Assembly: GCA_905178155.1 (NCBI GenBank)
Contig: CAJINV010000004.1
Location: 2,060,391 to 2,124,390, forward strand
DNA length: 64,000 nt
Source: Amoebophrya sp. A120
Taxonomy: Eukaryota > Protista > Dinoflagellata
Reading direction: 5' to 3'
Shown: one piece after another, positions 48,879 to 58,739 of the stretch
Numbering within the stretch: position 1 is the stretch's first letter
Layout of the letters: the number at the start of each line of letters is the position of its first letter
Notes under the pieces: generated by a model
What the model was told of the DNA's origin: nothing
The model's input: only the letters and a program-made list of their open reading frames with translations
Databases searched by the model: none
Made by a program: the position numbers and the translations under genes

Positions 48879-51171
48879 TCACTTATACCTTCCAAAGCTC
48901 TGACCGGCCTCGCGCGCGGCGGGTTTCGGGCGGGGTTGGGCAGTGAGAGGACGTGTGTTCTTCAACAGCTGCGGAGACTTGTTCTGGGCGGCGGTGTTCG
49001 GCCGGGGGCGCGAGGACGAGGAAGCAGTAGAAACCGCTGATTTATTTGCGGACGCGGTGACAGCCCGATGGTTGTTCGCTCGCCAATCCGAGCCACTGGA
49101 GGGAGCGTAGGACGAACGCATCGTCGGTCCTGTAAGTATAGGAAAGAAGATTTTCTGCATTTTAATCATTCATGCCGAAGTCCTTGAGAAATAAGAGATT
49201 CCTCGGATATCTACCAAAAGAAGTCCTGACGTTCTTCCTCTCGTTCTTGCGAGCGCGAGTGGCATACATACAAGTTTATTCTGCAGCTCCAAAAAAACTG
49301 GAATTCAGAAGTACCAGCAGACACAGTCGCGCCAGGCCGCTCGATCACTCTTCGTATGGAATGGAAACAATCAGGTTGGATGTGGCCCGTGCAAAAGTCG
49401 AACCGTTTGTGCCGCACTTATGCCTATGTGCACATTGAATAAACGTAGTCGACGGAAATCATTTCAGTGCAGGTCTGTGCACAGTTCTATGATAGGAACC
49501 AGAACCTCAATATTTTTTTTGAAAATAAATCATGACAAATCAAGAAGGCACAGTGCCCCTGTGATGAAGACGAAGAAGTTTTCTCCTTTCATAGTCCTTG
49601 CGGAAGATGATGAGGACACCGCGGAGCCTGGCGGGCCTGGCTGTGGTCCACCGACCTGCGGCTTTCGTCGCAGTTGGAAGTAGCTGTACGCAGAGTGGAG
49701 CCATTCGTGCATCTGGTGGGCCACCGGGTGTGCCTGTGGCTCGGGGGATGAACCTGATCAACAGCTGCTCTTTGTTCACATCACTAATCTTCCGGAATTC
49801 ATCCATTAATCATGCTAATCTCGTCTGGAACTGAAATTTGCTCTGTTCAACATGCCCTCCGGATGATCACGATGAAAGTGATTGCATACTCGTATAATTA
49901 CCTGACTCCACGTAGTTTCTGACCCTTGAGATTGCCGCGTCGGGGATTCGTCCGCTGTCTACGGCGTAAGGAAACCTCCGCATGTATTGTGAGGAAAAAC
50001 CCCCCCTCCCCATATTGAAAAGGCATCCGTCGAAAAATTTGCGATGCAGATTTGTGGCCACAAATCATTTTTGTCTTGCAAGAAGGCAAGCGCTGAGGGA
50101 TGCGCCGCATCATGGATGCGATTTGTCATGCTAGTTGGCCAACAGGGCAGGCGTTTCCAATGCGAAACAGCTAGACCCTTGCGCACCTAAACAGCCTAAC
50201 AATCTGGCCGCGCTTCCTCACAGCAAGACAGACCTCATTTGTGTACGCAAGTCCAGCATCAGAAATTTCCTTTTGATATGGGGAGGGGGGATTTTTCATA
50301 TTGATAGCATGGCGTTGATGTAGTGCCCCGGCTTCCCCATCACCCGTCGGGCCTGGAAGTAATGAATTGCAATGAATTTTTAATACCCGGGACAAAGAAT
50401 ACTTATCTTCGTGGGGCTGCAACATGTCATATCTGGTCCAAGATACGGACAACATTCAAACTGCACACTTTTACTGCACCGAGCGAAACAGTTGACGATG
50501 TTCATGTTGTTGCCATGATCTTCAAGTTCAACGCTGATCATGATTATGCCCAAAAATCTACTCTCATTTGCAGTCGAGTTAATAGTACAGAATCCCAGTC
50601 CCGGCCGGAGACATCCACCGCCAGGGTGTTATCCACTTCCGTTACCAAGCTGAGCGCCGCTTCGCTTTTGTTGTGAGGAAAAATCCCCCTCCTCATATAG
50701 AGTGGGAAATTTGTGATGCTGCCTTTTCGTACACAAGTCCGGCTTGTATTGCTAGAAAGGCAAGAGACGCATTTGCGGCCGTGTTTGCAGGCAATTTGTC
50801 ATGCTGTTTCCCACTTCCAGTTGCCCCCTGTCATGCTGAAGATGCAAGGCTTTGTTCCCACGCCAGCAAGCACTACAGTCTGCATCTTTTCTTCTCTAGC
50901 ATGACAGCATGATTTGTGGTCACAAGTCAGCAGCACAAATTTCCAATTTGAGTATGGTTTGGGGGCATTTTTCATTTGGATAGCTCCCCTGTTCCACGGC
51001 TTTGGATACCACGGGCTGCTCCCGAAATTCCGCGATCTGCTTCACGGAAAGTTTTTCCAGGGGCGCGGAAAGGCCATCGTACGCGACTTTCCGCTGTTCC
51101 TTTAGCGCCGCTGCGAGGTCGCCGGGACTCCCAGACTGCAGCGGGCTCGAGCTCGCTGGGGCCACAACCAT
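48879..51171 (-). CDS. Multi-exon protein of unknown function
   Basis: ATG at 51171; exon ORFs separated by two family C elements and apparent GT-AG introns; exon structure only partly resolved. Confidence 0.55.
49985..50306. mobile_element. Family C intronic TIR element (reverse complement of 59695)
   Basis: TSD GCATG. Confidence 0.9.
50669..50982. mobile_element. Family C intronic element, decayed
   Basis: TSD GCTTT/GCTCC; junction EQGS-EAAL. Confidence 0.8.
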
Positions 51172-52207
51172 AGTGGTGTTAAATTCTGATAATGATGTGT
51201 TCTATACTTACTCGGTGATGTGATTATTCTCTTAAAGTTCAAATCTATGTGACCTAGCTAGGCACTACAAGGTGCAGTATTGCGGTCTTTTATGCGATTT
51301 CAGACCACGAAAGTAGAACCATGATGGCGGAGAATAACCACAACTAGTGACATTGGTATTTCTCCGCCGCACTATACCGATTTATTTTTTTTTGCTTCAC
51401 TAGTAGGAAGACTTACTTGAACAACACCTAAAAATCGATAACACTGCACCTCCTGCCGCCCCGCTCTCGCATGAAAGAGAAACGGAATTTCGGTCGTAAG
51501 GCAAGATCCATCACACGACAGGACGCTATTATGAGCCACGTGGAGACCACAACTTGTGCAGTCGCAGTGTAGCTTTGTACGAACACGAAAGCTGTCTGAT
51601 CTTCTGCACAAAAAATGCAGACCAACGGCTTGCTCGATTCTCCGCGGAAAGACAGCGACAGCGTAGACTCTTGCCACGCGGAAGATTCATTGGGGTCTTC
51701 GTACTGAAAGCACCACCTCCAGCCGGTGAATGTCATTAGATTGGTGTAGCAGTCTGTCAGATGCGTCGCTAGATAAAAATGCCGCTTCGTTCATTCTTTC
51801 AGTTATACAGCAAAGGTTTTTGTTGTGCCGGTCTGGCTGCTCGTAAGAAGAACAATTCGAACTTGTTCTTTCTTCGCGTTCCGCTGGTTTTGTCGTTTTC
51901 AAGAACGTATGTGTTTCATTTAGATTATTCTACTCGATAAAGCTCTGTGCCAGTACAACGCGTCGACCTGCGCCGCTGTTTTTTGTCGCAAAATATATTT
52001 ATAACCAGTCGGTACGTCTACGTCCGTCGGAAATAAATAAGCTTAGTTCAGTACTGGGTACTACTTACAACCACGTGCATTCCCATTTCCATCCCTTGCA
52101 CGTCCTCGCGGTCTATTTGGCCGTCTCGCCGTGTGAAATATTTATTACGAAAGTAGTGTCCGAGAAGCCCCCAAAGAAGGTCCAACATGTCGACTTTTTA
52201 ATATCAC

Positions 52208-55200
52208 TTACAACTCGGTTTTCACCGGACTCGGTGTGCTGGTCATCGCTTCCACCTGCGAAATCTCCTCGGGCAGCCAGTCCAGTTTCACTTTTTTGCT
52301 CGTCTTCGCCACCAACCGCTCCCGGCAGCTCTTCCACACCTGCTCGGAGCACTTCGTTTTCTGCACGTCGGTATGCCTCACAAATGCCGATCTGGCCCTG
52401 GGAGAGGTGCCATTTGTGATGCTAACGAAGTAGATAAGCAGACAAAAAAATCTGTCTTGCCTGAGCAACTGTTATAGGTGCCCACTTTCTCTTAGCAAGC
52501 AAGACAAGTCGAGCTTCTACTCCTACGGTTGCGGGGTTGGACTTCTAGGCATTATTTGAGGCGCTTACTTCGCAACGCCTGCAAAAATGCTTTGCATACA
52601 TTCCCGCTCATGCTCATCTATCTGTGGCAAAAGATGCATGACAAGCAAGTGCACTCTTCTGACCCGGCAGACACATTTGCAGTTGATAGTCGATCAACTT
52701 CGAGATTTTGCCCTTGGAGTATGAGAGTGCACAACGCCCCCTCCCCCTCATTCGTCATGCGAAACCCCAAATATCCAAGCACTTCCCATTGGCACCATTT
52801 GCATGACAGATACCGGAAGCCCAAACAGTACTACACTAGAGCTGCATGAATTTGTCATGCTCAGCCTCCGCGTGTAGTGGTGTTTGTACTGCTGTTCATG
52901 CAATACAAATGAGGAGGAGGGGGAGTTGTGCACTCTCATATGGAGTTCAGGATTTTCGCACACGTGGAGAGCACAGACAGAACCGGCTGCGGCACGTCCG
53001 ATATCCACTGCAAAAGTGATGTCGATTCTAATTGCAACGTTGCATGACAAATCTCGTCGTTTCTATACTGCCATATCAGCAAGACCAGCGTCATGTCGAC
53101 TCTTTTTGAAGATAAAATTTGTGATGCAAGTTATATTACTAAGCGGCACTTTTGCATTGCATATCGGAGTCCTGGACTTGACGGACCTGCTGGTCAAGCC
53201 TGTGTTTCATTGATGAAGAGGTTGTTGATGTAGGTGCTGCAGATATGTCATTGTGCTGCGATGGATCTGTGAACAAATTATGCATGACACTGTGCATAGA
53301 AAGATCATCATCTCGATCTCGAAGATGAAAGGAACTTCTGTATTATACCACTGGTAGCTCTTTTCGTTGAGGCGATCGAATTTGGTCTCCTGGGCCTTGA
53401 TTTTTTCCACCGCGTCTTCGGGCTCGTAGCAGAAGGCCAGGTTGTATCAAATGCAGAAATGTCTGGGTCTGGAAAGTTGTGATGCATGTTAGTGAATAGG
53501 AGACACATTGCAATGCGCCGCCAAGCATGACAGATTTTTCCGTGGCTTTGTGTTGCGTATTCCGCATGAGAAACTGCGTTTTTGCATGACAAACCAGAGG
53601 ACCTCTTGCTGGCCACGCAATACAGGGCTCAGTGTCATGCCAGACTAGCATGACAAATCTCGCACTCTTCCAGACCCAGACATATTTGCAATCCATAGGT
53701 TGAACTGCCGATGCTGCGGGTTCCAGACGGTGTTGCGCACGATGGCCTCCACGACCGGAGTATCAAATGTAAAAGTGTCTGGGTCTGGAAGAGTCATGCT
53801 GTTTTTGCATGACACAGAAGGTCTGGCATGGAAGCTCTAGCATCACAGGTCTCGAAAAGCGTTCGCAATGCCGAATCCGCATGACAAATCCCTGACTTTG
53901 GTGACAGAAAGTGGGCAACTTTTGCTGCCTATGCATGAGAGATTTTTCTGTGTTCTGAAATGCGCATCACAAGTTGCAATCTTCCAGACCCAGACATTTT
54001 TACATTTGATACGGGGGCTGGTAGAGCAATTGCTCGTAGTAGGAAATTATCACTTGGAAAACTGTCGGGGTCAGCGAAGCAGTTCTTGTGTTACCAGTCT
54101 GTGAAAAATGATCATGGGTAGTCGTACACAGACTGCAATAGGCAGCAGAGCATGACGAGTCTTTGCGCTGCTAGTTTATGTGTTGTAGATTCCGCATGGC
54201 AGACTGCGTCTTTCTTGTAACATTCAAGGGGAAGATGGGGATCTACTTTTATTTTCGCGCCTATAATGCATGATCACAGAGCACCAGCGTCAAGTCAGGT
54301 CAGACAGGCACGACAAATCCATTGCAAGCTTCCAGAGGACCTCGACATTATATATGCAATGCATAGAAATGGAATCTGCGAGCGAAAGGCTGACGCGAAA
54401 CCACCCGGGGGGAACAAAAATGATGTCGCCGGGTTCCTGGTTATGACAGTCCACAACTACGCCCCCTCATTTGTATGGTCGATGTTGAACAGCAATACAA
54501 AAACACCAGCACGACGACACGTGAAGCCTGTGCATGACAAGAACTTCATCCGGATCGAGTGTAGTTGTACTGTTTCTCATGCATATATAGTGACACAAGG
54601 GTAGTACTACAACTACACCTGGACCTGGAACTGTCACTGTGGTGTCTTTCGCATGAGAAATGAGAAATGAGAACGAAGTGAGTAGTTGTGCACTCTCATA
54701 CTGGTTCACCTCTATGTACTTCTTCAGCCCAAATTCTTCCTTCAACTCCGGGAGCTTTTCTTCGAAAAACATGTACCTGCAAAATTTTTAAGTAACCGCC
54801 TATGCTGTATGACACTTAGTCGATGACAGTGTCTTTCACTCATGCAGTCGTCACTGCTGCACCACAAATCTTTATAACCACATTGATTCCTATGAATGAA
54901 ATAAGTACGCGCTGGTCTGCTGGAATTCCAGGGCCTCGCGAGCCTTCTCTGCGACCTGCTGGACTTCGTCTTCGGTGACCAAGAGCCAGCGCCGGAAGCC
55001 ATGCAGCAGGACGTCGTAAAACGGCAATCCGTTCTCAGCGTGCAGCTTGTCCCCACTCCCGGACGGCCCAAAGACAAAGTACCGGAAGTCTCCAGCCGCC
55101 TGCTGCTTCAAAAAGTCGCTGCCTGGAGAAGATAAAGATTGATAAATGGTTGCAAAAATAATAAATCGTGAGAATAAATTCTTGGTCGTCGTGTGTCTAT

Positions 55201-57406
55201 CGTGTTGTGATTTTCAGCGAGGTTCATTTACTTCTACGCGGGATCAAAAAAAACTTCTATCTGCTCTACGTCGATCTTATACTTTTCTTTTCAACAAGAA
55301 AAACCTGTCGTACTACTACCGAATAATTCCAAAACCGTCCCCCGGGAGTTGTGATGAATCAGTATTCAAGAAACTGCTCACATGAATCTTCAGAGAGTAC
55401 TACTAACTGAGTACCTTCCTTCTTGCCCAAAATTTTTTGCAGCTCGGAGGCAATAACCGCTGAGGAATTTCCCCCGTCAGGCGTGAAGATCCTCTTCGCC
55501 GCACGCTCCCAGTCGTGAAAAACGTTGTCGACGATGGGCGTTTTGCATCAACTTCAAATAAGCTTACTTCTGGATGGTCTGGCAAATTGGAAGGTTTGTC
55601 ATGGTCGTGCTTAATCCTCTGACAACATGATTCATTCTGAGCGCTGTGATGTTCAGGCATGGGCTCAAAATAAAGAAGCTCTGGCCCGTGCCATGCAAAG
55701 ACGTAGTCTGCCATCTGATGCGGAAAAAAAAATTACACGATAGTACAGTACACAATAAAGAAGTGCTGCATCACCACCTTTCATATAGAGTAGCGTCTAC
55801 ACGAAATGATCCCGAGACGACCGACCAGCCCGAAGAGGAATATTAAGTATTTGCAATTGCATATTTTGGACTTGGGCAGCTTGGTTCGCAACGCGTCCAG
55901 TTCCCCCTCCTTTTCCACCAACTTTCGCGCGCTCAGCGTGTGCTCGCAGTGCTCGGTTGCCTGGCCAGGGATCTTCGGCGCGGCCGGTGAGCCCAGGTAG
56001 CAGTTGGTCAGGTACCGCGAGAAGGGGATCAGGTTCGGCTCCGTGAAATAAATGCGGTTGCCGACCACCTTCTGCCGTGGCTGGTCGGGCGGAAAGTATT
56101 CCAGCACCGTGTTTTTTTCCAGATACTCGTTGGTGGAAAATTGCTCCGCGGTGAACTGCTCGCGCGCTTCCGCAAAGTTCTCGAACAGCGAGGCACCGTA
56201 TGAGCGTGCACAACTCCCGCTCCCCTTCATTTGTAATGCAAAAACGCAGTTCCAGCCACTGCCTCACATCGCTACCTTGCATGACAGACTTGGGAAAAAT
56301 CCAAACAGTACGTATAGTCCGCACGCATATTTGTCATGCAAAAACTACATCTCTGACCTTGTCTCTATTGCTGTTCTTGCCTTCAAATGAGGGGGAGGGG
56401 GGGTTGTGCACTCGGATACACCGTTCTTCACCAGAAAAGGCTTTTGGAACTCCAGTTTCTTGCCGTGCTTTTTCTCGTAGTCCTCCACACTAATCTCCGT
56501 CATCTTGTTCTGCTTCTTGCCCGGCTTGGCGCGCAGCTTCTTCAGCTCCTTCAGCTTGTACTTGCCTGTACTTATTTTTCAAATGTTCAGAAGAAATGGC
56601 ACTAGAATGCTGTGCTGTCCTATGTTCATCTATCCACAGTGCAATGACTTGGTGCTCTCATCATCTCAGCAGTGGAAGACGGAGCGGCAAAATTAACTAA
56701 AGAAACAAGTAGTGGACGAAGCATACAAAAACGCGATATCCATTTTTTCTTTGTTTATCGGAACAACAAATTGCATATCGGAAGATACAAGAATGAAAAG
56801 TACCGACAGTGAACGAGACCGCCTTTTCTTTTTTCACGGTTTCTTTCACCGTTATCCTGAGTAAAAACATCCCCACACCAGAGTCAAGACGGGGATTTTG
56901 CAACACAAGCCTAGAACTTTTGGGGGTCACGCATCACAAGTTGCAGTCCGTAGTGTAGTGCAGGTTCGCAAGGCCAGCTGCATCAGAAATCCATCTGCTT
57001 ATCCTGTTTACAGCATTACAAATTCCAAAACACGACTAAAAATGCCTCTCCTGGCGATGCGCATTGCAAGTGTTCCTGTCGCTGTCATTGGAAATCTGCA
57101 TGACAACTCTGGTGTGGGGACGTTTTTACTCAGGATAACCGTGTTTGCCGCTTCGTTTAGCTTTCTTAGCTGCTCGAGCATGTTGTCCAAAAAAAGGGTC
57201 AAGGACGAGTGCATTTTTTCCTTCTTCGCAAATTCTCCGAGTTGGACGGCTTGCTCTAAAATTTCCGTGGTGTTTTCCTTTTTCCCGACTGTCAATTTCG
57301 CGTGGATGTTGATGCTGTTCTGCGCTTCTACCGCACCGGGGAGCTGCTGGACCAGCGAAGTTGCTGACAGCAAGGTCGCGGTCAGGAAAAATCCTTTCGA
57401 AAACAT
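52208..57406 (-). CDS. Signal-peptide-bearing JmjC-domain protein (JMJD8-like); 10 TIR-element introns plus canonical introns
   Basis: MFSKGFFLTATLLSATS; KPFLVKNG; FVFGPSGSGDKLHAE...LLHGFRRWLL; QEPGDIIFVPPGWFRV. Confidence 0.8.
52372..52688. mobile_element. Decayed family A intronic element
   Basis: TSD GTCGG/GTCGA; junction KLID-VQKT. Confidence 0.72.
52720..52940. mobile_element. Family D intronic TIR element
   Basis: TIR TATGAGAGTGCACAACKCCCCCTCC; TSD TGGAG; junction LNSK-GKIS. Confidence 0.92.
53002..53163. mobile_element. Family H short intronic element
   Basis: TATCCACTGCAAAAGTG...CACTTTTGCATTGCATA; TSD TCCGA/TCGGA; junction QDSD-VPQP. Confidence 0.82.
53445..53697. mobile_element. 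Family A intronic TIR element
   Basis: TSD GGTTG; junction QFNL-AFCY. Confidence 0.92.
53761..54011. mobile_element. Family A intronic TIR element
   Basis: TSD CGGAG/CGGGG; junction YQPP-VVEA. Confidence 0.92.
54048..54365. mobile_element. Decayed family A intronic element
   Basis: TSD GAAAT perfect; junction DSIS-YYEQ. Confidence 0.75.
54442..54700. mobile_element. Decayed family D intronic element
   Basis: TSD CTGGT; junction EVNQ-EPGD restores the JmjC Q.PGD motif. Confidence 0.85.
55546..55863. mobile_element. Decayed family A intronic element
   Basis: TSD TTTTG; junction PKSK-TPIV. Confidence 0.7.
56199..56418. mobile_element. Family D intronic TIR element
   Basis: TSD CACCG; junction VKNG-ASLF. 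Confidence 0.92.
56853..57137. mobile_element. Family B intronic TIR element
   Basis: TSD ACCGT; junction ANTV-KETV. Confidence 0.93.
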
Positions 57407-58739
57407 CTTGTAGTTTGCGGCTCGTGCAGATCTTGAACTACTTTTCATCTTCCACAGGTTTTGGTTTTGCTGGTCTTTCTCCTGCATCATGACCGGGGTC
57501 AGTACTTGTTTTGCCTCTACTTCCACTTCGCCAGTTGTACTGATAAAACTTCTTCGCAGGCCAGTGTCAGCAACTACATGTTGTCCACAACTTCGGAGGT
57601 GACAACATTGTTCAAGCTGATCCTCATCCTGGTCGGGCCAGAACGTCGCATGATCTACTTGCGGTTCTTCATCTTGCACCAGCTCGTCCCCGGCACAGGG
57701 AGGTTGTTGCCTCCAGGAGCTCATCCACATGGTTGTCGTTGCAATATCCTCGTCCCTCAAGAAGTCCTCGCTGCGGCGCGAAAATCCCGGGCGGGACAAC
57801 TACGTTTTTTGATGCGGCTCGCACAACGTTTTTTGATGTCTTTTTGCCGTCTCAGATAATCAATAACGTCTGGTCGTGCTCGCTAGGATGTAAATTTAGT
57901 TATATTGCTTTACTTTGATATTGGTATAGTGATGCGAAAAACGAACTTGATGTGTCGTGCAAATTAGAATGTTAAATTATCAAAGTCTTCATAGTCAAGG
58001 AGGGTAAGAGGTTCTACTTCTGTCGCTAAAAGGGTCGCTGAGCGAAAAACGTTCAGGACCATGCGATATCAAAAACAGAAAAGAGATCGTAGAAAAGGAA
58101 GAACCGAAAATGAAATCTGATCAGGGAACCTTGCAAGAACTACATCAGCGTAACTACATTGCACAATGACCACCTTTTCTTGTCCACTGTCGTACTATCG
58201 ACAAATAGAAATAGTACTATGCCTCGATCCAATTTAAAAATGCAGAGCCAAGGTGCAGCTTCTCGAGAAGAAAGCGTGGTGAAGAATTGCGGCCATTCTA
58301 CTTCTCGCGGCCACGAGATGCAAACCGGGTCCCGGAAAAACGGGGAAGGCGAACACTGGAGTTGCAAAGGCAAAACGCTTTGTCTTGAGATTATTTTTTT
58401 ATTCTTTGGTTCTGAATCTGTACTTCTACTTACTCGTAGTTTTTCTGCCGATTGACTTTTACTCCCAGTTCCTTGCCTCTCTACAAGGAAGAGGCAAAAA
58501 TGTCCCGCAGTTGTGCCAAGCATCAAAGACGAAGATCAGAGATGCGGTTTTGTGTTAAGTAATTTCTTCGAAATCACACGTCGCACATCTGACTGGTGCG
58601 AGAGATCGTGGTCGTTTCTTTATTGCACTGCGAGACACATCTTCACCACCCTGCACTAAATCATCTCCCTTCGCTGGTGCTGGCTCCTCAGGAGGTCGTA
58701 AAAGCTGCTGTAGGACCGATCATCTACAGTAAAACTCAC

